A stretch of DNA of 64,000 bases from Squalus acanthias (lineage: Eukaryota), in contig CM059433.1 in assembly GCA_030390025.1 (NCBI GenBank), positions 17,486,001-17,550,000 on the forward strand, given 5' to 3'. Positions 11,718 to 25,162 of the stretch are shown piece after piece. A program made the translations under genes and the position numbers. Below the pieces are notes generated by a model. That model had not been told where the DNA came from. It saw only the letters and a list, made by a program, of their open reading frames with translations, and ran no database searches. Within the stretch, counting starts at the first letter, position 1. Each line of letters opens with the position of its first letter.

Positions 11718-13517
11718 GGGGGGAAAATTCGTGTTCACCAGCAAAGTTGCCGGAGTCACCGGCAACTGCAGTTAACGGCCGCTGGAAATGGCTGCAACGC
11801 CAAGCGAGTCAAATTGGTCTGGGGGGCACAGAGATAGGTGGCGCAGCGCTCACCTTCTGTGCAATGCCATCCTGGTGGGATCCGGGACAAAGTTCAGCTT
11901 CTCACAGCCTCTGTGAGCGAAGCTGTGGAGCTTGAAAGGAATTGTGGGCAATGAAGAGGTCTGAGATTTAAAGGGGCCATGCACACTGAAGCAATACAAA
12001 ATAAAATGCAGTGAATCAATACATTTTTCAGCCCTTTCTGCCTTTTAAAAAATATTCAACATTTAAAAGAAGTTCCAAATGTGAATAGTCAGCTGTTAAA
12101 GCTGAATTACCTTCCTAACCTCAACAAATGGGAAAACTGCCTCAGCACTAACACACATGGCTCAGCAAGCCAGGGAAGGGGCACCGAGGGTCTCGCACGC
12201 AGCACTCCAGCTTTGTGCAGCGGGTCAACACTGCAAGAACGGCCCTCTACCCACAGGGGTCAGGAGGCCCTCCAGAAAGAAGGGTGTGGGAGTACATCAC
12301 TATGGCTGTCACTGCCAGCAGTGTCACCACCACCACCTGGCTCCAGTGTCCAAAGAAACTTCATGACCTCAGACCACTGGTCAAGGTCAGTGAATGCATC
12401 TTCAAAAGCCGTCTCCTACCAACTGCACCACTAGCCTCACACACTGCTCATTGCACGACCCCCAATCACTCACTTACCAACAATCTGCACCAATCACAAG
12501 GCACATCTCCCATTCCTAGCCTCACCTCACCCCCTTGGAGGAGACGGTGCAGGCTATTCTTGGCAGGGGCATGGTTGAGCACTTGGCCAGCGGTGCGGCT
12601 GAAAGGATACAAGATTCTGGTATCCTCGTACATTATCCTCATTCTGGCATGCACCTCTTGCTTTCCCGTTAGCACAACTCCACCCTTGTGCCTTCCTCAT
12701 TTCACACACCTAAGAAATGCAGCCAGCCCAGCCAGTAGGTCAACAAGAAGAGGCAGCCTGCCCAGCCAGTGGGACTGCAGGCGGATGATTCCATCCCGGA
12801 TATCCCGGCCACAAAGGGGCTGTCTGGGATGCATCCTTCTGTCTGATTCCTCATCTTCGGCTTCCTCCTCTTCTGCGTCTTCCTCTTCCCTCTGCAAAGG
12901 GATTCTGTAAATGTGAAATGACAGCATAAAATGCTGGAAATACTCATTTGGCCAGGCAACATGTCGACCTGAGACGTGAACTCTGTTTTTCTCTCCACGG
13001 ATGTTGTGTGACCTGTTGAGTATTCACTGCATGTTCTGTCTTCTCAAAGGCCTTCATTTACCATCTGAGCCCTTGCAAGCATTCGGCAGCACTCCCTACA
13101 CACTCAAAAAACTTTTCACATCTAATGCAGCAAGCTACAATAAAATCAAAAAAACACAGTCCAAACCCTTAAATTCAATCTTACCTGAATGATGTGTGTG
13201 TCCCTTTAAGAGCTGCAGCCATCGCCACTGTCAGTCTGCTTGCACGCCAAGTTAACCTGCCGTGCTTAGGACCCACCGCTGAATTCAGCGCTAGGGTCGA
13301 AGTTCGCATTGGTGACGATAAGTCGCCGTTGCACGCCGATTGACGTCATCACGCGGCCATTTTTTTCCAGGGTGCTGCCAGTTAGCGGCGCAAAAGGGGA
13401 GAGCAATATGGCGGCTGACACGGGACCCGCCACTAGCTGGCGAAAGAGCGGCGGCCGCCATTTTATCGCCATTTCTTGGTGCTACGGAGTGTCGATAAGG
13501 AGATGAATTTCTAACCC
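11718..13517. mobile_element. PIF/Harbinger deletion derivative with remnants of both genes
   Basis: Imperfect TIRs ggggggaaaattc / gaatttctaaccc and degenerate TSD atc/ctc. Carries a Myb/SANT-like remnant (+) and an acidic transposase-tail-like remnant (-). Confidence 0.8.
12157..12385 (+). pseudogene. Harbinger Myb/SANT-like DNA-binding protein, frameshifted N-terminal exon
   Basis: MAQQAREGAPRVS..., then in a second frame ...LYPQG...VWEYITMAVTASSVTTTTWLQCPKKLHDL, which fits the W..IA..V...RT..QC.KK..DL pattern. Ends at a possible aag|gtcagt donor. Confidence 0.7.
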
Positions 13518-14798
13518 CTCGTGATTTTGAACACCTCTATCAAATCTCCTCTCAACCTTCTTTGCTCTAAGGAGAACAACCCCAGCTTCTCCAGTTTATT
13601 CACGTAACTGAAGTCCCTCATCCCTGGAACCATTCTTGTAAATCTTTTCTGCACCCTCTCTCAGGCCTTCACACCCTTCCTAAAGTTGAGGTCAAACCAG
13701 TGTTTTATAAAGGTTCATCATAACTTCCTTGCTTTTGTACTCTTTGCCTCTATTTACAAAGCCCAGGATCCCATATGCATTTTTAACCGCTTTCTCAATC
13801 TGCCTTGCCACCTTCAACGATTTGTGCACATATACCCCCAGGTCTCTCTGTTCATGCACCCTCTTTAGAATTGTACCCTTTAGTTTATATTGCCTCTCCT
13901 CGTTCTTCCTACCAAAATGCATCACTTCACACTTTTCTGCGTTAAATTTCATCTGCCACGTGTCCGCCCATTCCCCCAGCCTCTCTATGTCCTCGTGAAG
14001 TCTATCACTATCCTCCTCACTGTTCACTATATTTCCAAGTATTGTGTCATCTGCAAATTTTGAAATTGTGCCCTGTACACCCAAGTCCAAGTCATAAATA
14101 TATATCAAGAAAAGCAGTGGTCCTAGTATCGATCCCTGGGGAACAGCACTGTATACCTTCCTTTAGCCCGATAAACAACCGTTCACCACTACTCTCTGTT
14201 TCCTGTCACTTAGCCAATTTCGTATCCATGCTGCCACTATCCCTTTTATTCTATGGGCTTCAACTTTGCTGGCAAGCCTATTATGTGACAGTTTATCAAG
14301 CACCTTTTGGAAGTCCATGTACACCACATCAACCACATTGCCCTTATCAACCCTCACTGTTACCTCATCAGAAAACTCAATCAAGTTATTTTAACACAAT
14401 TTGCCTTTGACAAATCCATGCTGGCTTTCCTTAATTAATCCACACTTGTCCAAGTGACTGTTAATTCTGACCCGGATTATCATTTCTAAAAGCTTCTCCA
14501 TTACCGAGGTTAAACTGACTTGACTGTAGTTGCTAGGTTTATCCTTACACCCTTTTTTGAACAATGGTGTAACATTTGCAATTCTCCAGTCCTCTGGCAC
14601 CATCCCCGTATCTAAGGAGGATTGGAAGATTATGGCCAGTACCTCCGCAATTTCCAACATTACCTCCCTCAGCATCCTAGGATGCATCCCATCCAGTCCT
14701 GGTGACTTATCTACTTTAAGTACAGCCAGTCTTTCTAGTACCTCCTCCTTATCAATTTTTATCCCATCCAGTATCTCAACTACCTCCTCTTTCACTAT

Positions 14799-15023
14799 GG
14801 GCGCGAAATTCGGTTACGCCCTGTTTGAGGGACGCTAAGGGGTTGCGGCGCACGGTGATGATGTCATCGCTGGCGGCGAAGCAGCCCGGGGCGCTACCGG
14901 CAGGGGCGCTGTGCTATTGGGTAGCGCCTCAGCAACGCCACGCCGAATTTCTCGGGAGGCGCTTTTTTCACCCCCCGCCTGGAGGCGCTAACGACAGGCG
15001 CAAAGGAGCCAAATTTCTAGCCC
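14799..15023. mobile_element. PIF/Harbinger-type MITE (225 bp)
   Basis: TIRs gggcgcgaaattcgg / ccaaatttctagccc and TAT TSD. Removing it restores the CR1 frame AAKVI-VKEEVV. Confidence 0.9.
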
Positions 15024-16598
15024 TATGACTTTGGCAGCATCTTCTTCCTTGGTAAAGACAGAAGCAAAGTACTCATTTAATACCTCTGCCTCCATGCGTA
15101 GGTCTCCTTTTTGGTCCCTAATCAGCCCCACCCCTCTTCTTACTACCCGTTTATTATTTATATGCCTATAGAAGACTTTTGGATTCCCTTTTATGTTAGC
15201 AGCCAGTCTATTCTCATACTCTCTCTTTGCCCCTCTTATTTCCTTTTTCACTTCCCCTCTGAACTTTCTATATTCAGCCTGGTTCTCACTTGTATTCTCA
15301 ACCTGACATCTGTCATATGCCCCCTTTTACTGCTTCATCTTACTCTCTATCTCTTTCATCATTCAGGGAGCTCTGGCTTTGGTTGCCCTGCCTTTCCCCC
15401 TTGTGAGAATGTACCTTGACTGTACCCGAACCATCTCCTCTTTAAAGGCAGCCCATTGTTCAATTACAGTTTTGCCTGCCAATCTTTGATTCCAATTTAC
15501 CCGGGCCAGATCCCTTCTCAACCCACTGAAATTGGCCTCCTCCAATTAAGTATTTTTTACTCTAGATTGCTCCTCGTCCTTTTCCATAGCTAATCTAAAC
15601 CTTATGATACTATGATCACTGTTCCCTAAATGTTCCCCTACTGACACTTGCTCTACTTGACCCACCTCATTCCCCAGAACCAGATCCAGCAATGTCTCCT
15701 TCCTCGTTGGGCTGGAAACATACTGATCAAGAAAGTTCTCCTGAATGCACTTCAGAAATTCTTCCCCCTCTCTGCCCTTTACACTATTACTATCCCAGTC
15801 TATATTAGGTTAATTGAAGTCCCCCATTATCACTACTCTATAGTTCTTGCACCTCTCTGTAATTTCCCTGTAAATTTGCTCCTCTATATCTTTCCCACTA
15901 GTTGGTGGCCTATTGAATACACCTAGTAGTGTAATGGCACCTCTATTGTTTCTTTACTCTAACCAAATAGATTGTGTCCTTGACCCCTTCCAGGACATCC
16001 TCTCTCTCCAGCACTGTAATATTCTCCTTATTCAATACTGCCTCCCTACTTCCTTTCTTTCCTTCCCTATCTTTCCTGAACACCGTATATCCAGGAATAT
16101 TTAGTACCCAATCCTACCCTTTATTGAGGCAACGGCCCCTGCTGAAAGTACATATGTGTTGATGTTGAATGAGGGCACGGTTGGCCAAATTGTAATGGCC
16201 CCTTTGATTGAATAGTTTGCTCGTACTCACTGTCTACACTCACAAAAAGTGCCAGTTGGTCAATGTACTGGAAGGATGCTGCCTGGTTGATTATAGACTA
16301 GTAAGCCCAATATTCATAATGGAAATATGGTTGAGGGCACTTATGAGATATTATAAATGAAGAGTTGTAGCACAGGTCTGATAGAGGGCAGTCAGCACAC
16401 CCATAGAAGTGATGGGTATTTACTTTCATACATGCTTGGAATTCTCTCAGGAATTAAACTAAGCTGGGCTCCAAGAGTAATCCAGTCAATCTAGTTTACT
16501 TGAGTTTCAAAACAAGTTCGTATAAAAACATTTCTAACTTAATACCACATGCCCCTTCCAGTTTGGGAAGATCTTGGGGTGTTGCTAGTAATGTCTCA

Positions 16599-17474
16599 GG
16601 CCGCAATTTTATCAATGGAGGCGGGTTGGGTGCGGGTCAGGTTGATTCCGGCTTCCAGTCCCGCCCCCAACTGTATCCGGCCCACAGTCATGATTTTACG
16701 TTGATTGATCTTGTTAAGCCCGCTCTGCAGGCTTGCCAGCCAATTAAGAGGAAGCGGGTCAGATGACGTAATTTGATGACGCGTCATCTGCCGGTTTCCT
16801 TAAAGGGACCACGCACAATTTTTTTTGGACAGTTGATTTCTCAGTGTTTGACAGCATTGAGGTACTGAAAACACTGACAATCACTGCACAAAGGTGAACA
16901 CTTGCACCCAGGCTCTCCAGTGACTCCCTCCATAGGTTGGAATAGATGGCAGCTGCAGGTGAGGTGACAGAAGCAATCTGTCACTGGTGAGAGAGGTTCT
17001 CCCAATGAGGTGGCATTGGACATTGATTTCAAAACTTGTAACCTAAAGAAATGTGTAAATGTATTAAAAATGCATTTCCCAACATTTTCTTAGCTCTGAG
17101 ACTCACCAGTGCAACATTGGATCCTTCACACCACTTCTGCAGCTGTCATCAATCCAGAAACATTACAGCAGACTCACAACACGCCACACTTACCTGGCGT
17201 GGTGTCCGGACGTCGGGAAACCCGAGCCAGAAGCGGCAAAATTCAAAAATAGCCTGTCAACTACTAGCAACTACCTGTTAATAGGCAGGTAATTGCCTTT
17301 AATCCTCTTCCCACCGCTAGGTGTCGGGTCCATGCGCAAATCGGGGACCCGACACTTGGGAAAATTGTTTGGAGGCGAGTTGATGGCGGGATCACAACCC
17401 GTCGTCAATCAAAATGATTTTAACCTTTGACCTACCTCCAAACCCGCCCTCTTAGTGCCGGCAAAATCCAGCCC
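16599..17474. mobile_element. PIF/Harbinger-type MITE, degenerate
   Basis: Ends ggccgcaatttt / aaaatccagccc resemble the other elements. No TSD recovered. Confidence 0.55.
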
Positions 17475-17489
17475 TAGTGTGGGGCTTAT

Positions 17490-18833
17490 ATTGTAATGTA
17501 AGGAATATTGTTATGTAAGGTTTCCAAAATTTGCAGATCCCCAAAACCTAAGGAAAAAGTACTTTGGAACTACCTCAGAGTGATGAAAATGCATTTGGGC
17601 CTAACATAAGGAATTTAAGACCAAAAACCAAGTTTTGGCATTTTAAAAACATGTCTGGGCCTGTTAAGGGAGAAAAGGCTGTGAAGGAAGTTGGGTTTGA
17701 CCTCTGTAAAAGCAGTTTGGGTATTGCAGTTAATTACAATGTCTGGGGAACCGGGATGATCTCACTCAAAGCCCCAGCACGCATTAACATTTTGACAATA
17801 GACCCTAGGAGAAGACAGCCCCACCCAGAACAATAGGTCCCATCAAACCAATTACAAGGCCCATCAAGAAATATGCATAATACAGAGCACCCAGGACTAG
17901 GCTATAGATCAGCCTAAGAACCCAAAACATGAGGACAATTCAAACTCCGATTAAACAACAGATCGACAGGATGGAGCTATCCTGAAACCACTTCACGCAT
18001 TTACAAAACCAGTTAACACGCTAGTAAAGTCGTTACTGTTAACGAGGTCTTACAATGACCGGGATTTGATTTGGTTTTGATAAGGCCACTTCAATTTAGT
18101 ATAATTGAAGGCCCATCAAGCAGTTCAACAGAAAGCAGTAACAACAGTTCAAGTTCGAGTTCTCCAGCAAGGAGTTCAACAAGCAGGCAGAAGGCAGTTT
18201 CCACAGTTCTGCAAGAAGGCAGTTCCACAGCTTGGAAGAAGACAGCTTAAACAGAGGCAGAGTTCAACAGAAAGAAGTTCAACAAAGAAGGCCAACAGCT
18301 CCAGAAGTAGGCCGACACGCAAGAAGAGACCAGAGCGACCGCCTCAGTGACCATCGGACACCTCGCGGCAACAAGGGCCTTACGAAACTTTTTACTCAAA
18401 AGACTCTAAACCCTAACTCTCAACTGTCAAGGATTCGTTTGGTGAGCATTATCCCTGGTTCTCTGGAGTCCAACCTAGCTAGTGAAGTGGGATTGGGAGG
18501 GGTGAAGTATTCTTCTAATGTTATTTCCCTCGCTTGTACCGAAGTGTTCCCCACCTTTAGAGTGTTAAGAGTGTTTGTGTTGTGTTTTACTTCTTGAATA
18601 AAGATCGAAGTTCTTTCATCAAACTCAGTTGTCTGCTGCACCTTTTGTATCACAACCCCCAAATAAGTCCAAGGTCTAGAACCAAGGGAGTGGAAGCGAT
18701 TCGAACCGCTCAGAAGTCAGAGGCAAAGCTGACACAAAAACACCACCCCCTACTGTTATCTATAATAAAAGGACCAGTGAGGCACATTATACTGCAGATC
18801 CCTCGCTACCTTTGGAGCCGAGACCCTCTATCA
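17490..18833 (+). mobile_element. Putative solo LTR
   Basis: Non-coding block with a TATA-like tagtataa near 18100, repeated cagttc motifs, and AATAAA near 18597. Boundaries and TSD not resolved. Confidence 0.35.
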
Positions 18834-20681
18834 CCATCCCAGTCTTTATTTCAGTGTTTTATCTTGCATTAAAAATGGTTCTTGTCCTTTTTGAAATCTG
18901 CAGTAACAGCATTCACTGCACGCTGCTCACATTACCCCAAGATTTTTCGCCTTTGCAAGTCTAACGACTATACTTCAGCCATTTTGAAAATGTGTGTTCT
19001 TGTTTTTCAATCTGTGTCAGGCCAAGAGTTTGCAGGCATAGACTGTATTTACCCCCCTCATCATTTTGAAGGCACGCACTGATTGTCTGTTCTCTGCATC
19101 AGTGTTGGCACAACTGAATGAAATATTCTAAGCCTGGTCTCACTGATATTTAAGGCAGAGTTACATAAAGCTCTTGGACTGTATGCGTCCGGTGATATCT
19201 TTTAATGTTTTTGTTTGCTTCAGATTTCATCGCCGACATTGAAGAAAAAAACACTAGTTCCAAAATAAATGCATTGGCTTCTGTAGATGATACTTTGAAT
19301 AGCTGCTATCTCTTGCTTTTTTATTGGCGCCGTTTGGTGAAAGTATTCTTTGTTTACAGTTGTTTATAACATTATGCAGTCAATTAATTATTTTCATATT
19401 ATATAAACTATACTAAGTTAACATTCACTTTTTTTTATTCATTCATGGGATGTGGGCGTCGCTGGCAAGGCCAGCATTTATTGCCCATCCTAATTGCCCT
19501 TGAGAAAGTGGTGGTGACTGCAAAGAGAGTGAGTCACATATTTCAGAATGGCTATCAATTATGCATATTCATAAAACCAAACCCTCCTTTACAAGTTAAA
19601 TTGAATTATTTAACACTTCATGAAGTTGTTATATGTCACTGCGTGTTTAGTTCAGTAGCTGAATTGGAGATTGATCTATGAATTGATGCTGATGCCGATG
19701 CACCAAAGCCCGAGTTTCCCCTTTTGTTGATTGGTTATCCGATTGATTGATTCCGATCCCATTTCTTAACGTTCATGATGGAGAAATAACAGCTCAAATA
19801 AAAGCTGCATTTCTACAATTGGAATATCACAAGGATACAATACCTCCAGGGTAGACATCAACTGATTTATTTTTCTCTTAAGCACTTTATGTCCTTGGTG
19901 CATTTTTTGTTATTCAAGGTGAGGGATGTTAGGACTGGGAAGTGGAACACATTGACATTTTGGGCCCCCCCTGTCAACATTGAGTATTTCCGAGTTAGAT
20001 ATATTGGGGTAGATTTTAACTTTCAATGCCAGGCAGGGAACTGGAGGTAGCGGATGGGCCACCCGTTATACACCCTGTTTGTTTTCTATCCCTGGCACGG
20101 AACATGTTGTTTGTATATTCAGCCTTCATGGTTTAATTAGCATCAGCCCTTTCCTTCCCTAGCATTCCATCTCCACTTTAAGGACACATTTAAGGCAATT
20201 CTTGGGGCATTTCTTCCAAATGGTCAAGCTCTAACTATTCATTGAGCTTCTGAGTGCCGAGAAATATCCACAACTGTGCTAATTCACTAGACTGTCACAC
20301 AGATAAATGAAAGGAGAAGAAAGTACTGATACAGAGAATGAAGCATAGATGGGAGCGACTAATAAAGGTGTCCACATCTAAAAGTGCATTAACTAATGTT
20401 CCGTCATTGAAAAAAATGAAGCAATGGACCACCATTAACCAAGGATTCTGCTTTGTCTGTGCTTTCTCTCCAATTTTCTCCAGTGCGCTCCTAAATGTGC
20501 TGACTCATGCTGGGGTGGGCAGTTCCTTGTGCGCCAACTACTCTCCAGTCCTTCACCCAATCTGATAAGGAGCAGGAACTCCGGCTGATTTCAAGCTCCC
20601 CTCCCACTCCAGGGACACTGTAATCAATTGCAGAGCCCCTACTGCAGTTGAAGCTGATAGGAGCTAACTCAGCAGAGACCA

Positions 20682-21390
20682 GGGCCTAGATTTGCCATTC
20701 CAGTTACAAGTGATTCGAGCCCTGAAATTTGGCAATTTAAAACAAAAAAGTTCTGCCCCAGAGGTAACCAGACCTCAGACACCTGCTGTAGCCATTCTCT
20801 AGCACTCCAAGGTGGCCTCCTGGGTGTAGACCGAGGCGGCACCAAATGGAAGTGCAATGGACTGAACTAATTGGGAATATGGGCAGCGATTAGTTTCCCT
20901 AGACATGTTTCCATTTAGCATTCCAATGAATTTTCTAGTTAGATTTCCTAGCAGCAACAGAAGTGTGGCTGGTTTCCCAGTTGCAATACTTAACCGAGGA
21001 GCAGGAGTGCTCCTCCAGGCACCACAAGGAAACCATGGGCCACCCCTGACCCGGGCTTCACTCCTCAGAACTTGTCCCCCCCCCCACCCCGCAGTCATTG
21101 CCGCCGGATTCGGGCAGGAGTCAGTGGTCCCACACTGAAATGAAGCCTGGAAGTTCGAATGGTCAGGCCCTCACGCTGGTGCCTTCATGCCCCAGCCCCT
21201 GCCTGCTGCACTCCCCTCCACCACCCCCACCCCCAGTTAAATTAAAATGGCTTCAATGTGAACAAAAAATATATCCTCGAGGCCTGCTGCAACGAGTCTG
21301 CATCCCCAGTGGAGGTTACTAATCCCGGGCCCAGCAAGTCAGCTGGGGGGGTCAGCGAGGCATCTCCATACAGCAAGCCTAGGCCCTTGA
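20682..21390. mobile_element. Probable Harbinger-type MITE remnant
   Basis: Starts gggcctagattt and has a GC-rich body. The right end is ambiguous. Confidence 0.35.
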
Positions 21391-22324
21391 GTATTTCCGG
21401 CATTTTGTATTTTTATTTCAGATTTACATCATTTGGATTGTTTTGCTTTTATCTCTCTCTGATTAAAACTGGCATTCAGCGTCTTACCTTTTCCAGAAAG
21501 ATCTACAAGGTTAAAAGATCACCGTAACCCTGCTGTGCTAATTTTGTAAATAATAATCAGGGAGCTGATTTTGCGAAGTGTAATTGTTCTAGTCAGACTT
21601 GTACTTGAACCTTTTAAAAAAAAACGGTTTGAAAACTATGCTTAAAACTAGGTTTAAATAACTCAGCGCTCTTTAATTTATAAGAACATGCCACCTTTTT
21701 CTGTAGAAACACTGATGTATTCCACTGTTGTCACGCAGTACCTGAGCTCTCAATCACGTGCAAGAGATCTGGACTAACAGATATGCCAAACAATCAAACA
21801 TTGTTTAAAATTTATAAAATGATCATAATCTGGTACAGTATTTACACAGACCTAGCAAGAACTTAGTGTGCAAAAACAGAGTGGAAATAAGTTAATTTAA
21901 TTTAAAATTATTGACTTTCTTTCTTTCATCATGTATGTGTTAAACATGGTCTGGTGTGCTATCCCTCTTTGTCCCCCGAGACCTCTCCCGAGTGTTTGAC
22001 AAGATCAACAGCTCCATCCTCCTTTACTGCTTCTCCGCTGTGTGACTCTGCTGCTTCCTGTCCCATTTTAGTCATTTCATCTCTAGAATTGGCTTATTCT
22101 CTTGCCCCTGCACAATTACCTTGGAAGAGTCCCAAAGTTTTGTCCTTGTATCCCTCCCTTTTCCTCATTTGTACATTGCCACTTGTTGACATTATCCTAA
22201 GGCATGGAGTCATCTTCCACATATATGCTGACTACCGTTGATTCCACAATCATTGTGCTGTCAGATTCCTTGTCCAACATCAGATCATGGATGAGCCAGA
22301 TTTTCTCCAACTTAATACTGACAA

Positions 22325-22712
22325 GAACAACTTACATTAATATAATGCATTTAGTAAAACGTCCCCCAAGGCACTCACAGGAGCGTTAGGAAACAAAATG
22401 TGACACTGAGTCACATAAGGAGATATTCGGGCAAATGACCAAAAGCTTGGTCAAAGAGGTAGGTTTTAAGGAATGTCTTAAAGGAGATGGGGGAGGTAGA
22501 GAGGCAGAAAGGCTAAGGGAGGGAATTCCAGAGCCGAGGACCTCGGCAGCTGAAGGCACAGCCGCCAACAGGGGAGCGATTAAAATTGGGGATGCGCAAG
22601 AGGACAAAATTGGAGGAGCGCAGAGATCTTGGAGAGTTGTAGGGCGGGAGCTGGTGACAGAGATCGGGAGGCCTTGGAGGGATTTGAAAACAAGGATGAG
22701 AATTTTAAAGAT
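22325..22712 (-). mobile_element. L2-clade LINE 3' end
   Basis: Reverse-complement homologue of the 3' part of 63180-63962. Confidence 0.75.
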
Positions 22713-23339
22713 TTAATCTGCGTTCAAATAGATGACAATCAGAATTTTCAACGTCGAAAGGAAGGATTTCTGGACGTTGCCGGGCTGAAGCCATTCTGTT
22801 TGGCTCTCACCAAAAGCATCCACCCCCACTCAATCCCCCTCTAACTGTACTCAAACTGTACCTGACAGACTGGTGCCCAGTTTGACTCTGAGTTGAGCTT
22901 TAAATCACATATCATATCCATCACCAAGGCCACTGGAGTGAGCCTTTGGCTGAGTGGTAGCCTTCCTACCTCAGAGTCAGTAGGTGCAGGGTTCAAACCC
23001 CTCTCCAGACAGTCCTAGCGAATGGAGACAGGATCTCCAACTCTGAATTCTGGGTTGACATCCAGTGGGATACTCGCGTCTGGTGGGTGTGGGCTGCCTC
23101 CCCCCCGATCATATGGGTTGTGGGAACCCATAAAACCCTCCTGCCGTATAGAACTAACCATCCTGTTGGCTGGTATAAAAATGGTTACAGCCATGGAAGG
23201 ATTGTTAATCAGCCTGCAAATCCTTCCATTACTTCACACTGTTCTCCAAGAGAAAAGTGTGAAGGTATGAAACTAACAACCAAGACTTCTGCAACCCGCC
23301 TCCCATTTGGACCTTGCCTCACCCCACTACAGCCAACGC

Positions 23340-23791
23340 CATGAACCACACCTCCAATGCCCTTCTTGCTGGCCTTCCAAACTCTCACCTATACAAATTC
23401 AACTACCCACACTGAGTTCAAGCCACCCTGCCTTCACCATCCCCAAAAGCATTGAATTCTAAATCTTCATCCTCGTTAATAAATCCTTACACAGCCTTGC
23501 CACATATGACCTCTCTGCAATCTTATCCAACCCTACATCACAACCGGGACTTTCCTGCTTGCACTCCACCGCAAGTGGCCGAGACTTCAGCCATCTTAGC
23601 CGTACTCTCTGGAACTTCCTCCCTAAACCCCTCCACCTTGCGAACTTACTTTCAAAAGTCTCCTTGTAACTGATCTCTTTGAGCAAGCTTTCAGTCATCT
23701 CCCCTAACCCTACTCCGCATCTATTTCTCTGCTGTGAAATGTCTTGAGACATTTACCAGGTTAAAGTTTCTCGAAGTGCAAGCTGTTGTTG
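23340..23791 (+). mobile_element. L2-clade LINE 3' fragment, old
   Basis: Degenerate match to the L2 3' region, ending gcaagctgttgttg. Confidence 0.55.
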
Positions 23792-25162
23792 TAATTGAGT
23801 AGTCTGTAAATCTGATATTTTTAGACACTAGCAGATCTTTGTGACGTTCCCACGTGGTAAGTCAGAGAATGTGTTGTTTTATATTGACAGGAGTGCAATA
23901 TCATGAAATGCAGAATTTGTTGTTACAGTTAGGGGGCAAGTGATTTGTGTTGGAGCACAATATCCCCAATGACAAATCCTGCCATTTTCACCCGAAAACC
24001 ACATTTCCCTCTTAGTTTCTGTAGTCACGAGCGCTTGAATTTTTAATCAGCAGCATGTTTTAGAATGCCAGTGTTCTGCCTCGGCGGCCCACCGAAGAGT
24101 GCAGGGATTTGCTGGATCGCCACTGTAACTGCTCCTGCAGTCAGCACGTGCTGCACTTGCCAGCAATTTAATTCAAACCTGGCTGATGGTCTGAGTGCTT
24201 GCCGACTGTACAGCCAGCTGTTACAGTGACTGGCAACTTTCTTCGGTGTTTTGTGAGCTGAGAGAGGCAGAACATGGGCATTTTGAAACTTGCTCTGATT
24301 AAAGTTAAATTGTCGATGAGGGGAATAACTGACTTGGGCTACGAGAAAAGCATCCTTTGAAAACAATTGTGTCTCTCCCTGTAACTGTCTCTCTACTTGC
24401 CGCCTGCTCTCTAATTCTTTCTCTTTCCCCGCCTGTCTTTGTCTTCCACTTTTTTCTGTCTCCCCCTTTATGCTCTCCTTTTATGTTTCTCACACTTTTG
24501 TTCTGTCTGTATTTCTGGGAAAAAATTCGATGTACTGCCGCTAACATGAGTCTGTTACATTGTACAGCCTGCTGCCTGCAGTCAAAGGAGGTTAAAGAAA
24601 AATAGCTTTTTTAACTTTGAGGACATCATCTCATTGGAGCAGAAATTATTTTGTGGGCAGCTGATGTGAAACTTCACGAGGTGTGAAAATAATAGAATAT
24701 TCCTGCAAGACGATGAATGGGGTTGATAGTAATTACCAAATCCTCGTGATTCCGAGTGTGCTACTTTGAGGGGGAGGACTTTGGGGAGGAACCTATTTCT
24801 AAGGACCTTCCCCATTTTCCTGGTCTCTTTGAGAAATTCTTCCATTGTGGCATTACAGTTGAAGATGGGGCTGGTGGGACGCTGAGCTTTCCCAGAAATC
24901 CTGCCAGTCCTGCCCTGTATACTCTGCATAAGAGCATCATATTTGTATGGAGTAGCGACATGGAGTACCTGTATGGCATATACTCTGTATAAGAGCATTA
25001 TACTTGCACGGAGTAGCAATATGAAGAGCATTATACCTGTTTGGAGTAACAAGCCGCCACACTTCCAATACAGCAGCTGCTCATAGAGTCATAGAGTTAT
25101 ACAGCACGGATAGAGGCCCTTCGGCCCATCGTGTCCGCGCCGGCCATCAAGCCCTGTCTAAT

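Larger units (their letters stand above)
11366..16130 (-). mobile_element. CR1 LINE (5'-truncated, decayed), interrupted by two Harbinger-type insertions
   Basis: ORF2 EN-to-RT fragments continue collinearly across the insertions at 11718-13517 and 14799-15023. Confidence 0.9.

Noticed and set aside
12215..12910. 231-aa ORF as an intact gene
   Set aside because: Only the first ~57 aa resemble Myb/SANT. The rest is read-through, partly antisense to the transposase-tail remnant.
19224..19268. Plus-strand terminal exon candidate (ISSPTLKKKTLVPK*), also about 37196
   Set aside because: Only an acceptor-like site supports it, with no recognisable peptide. The stop-terminated frame at 19224 is phase 0, not the expected phase 1.
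24582..25052. 156-aa minus-strand ORF
   Set aside because: No recognisable motif, starts in degenerate repeats, and is antisense to the inferred host gene.
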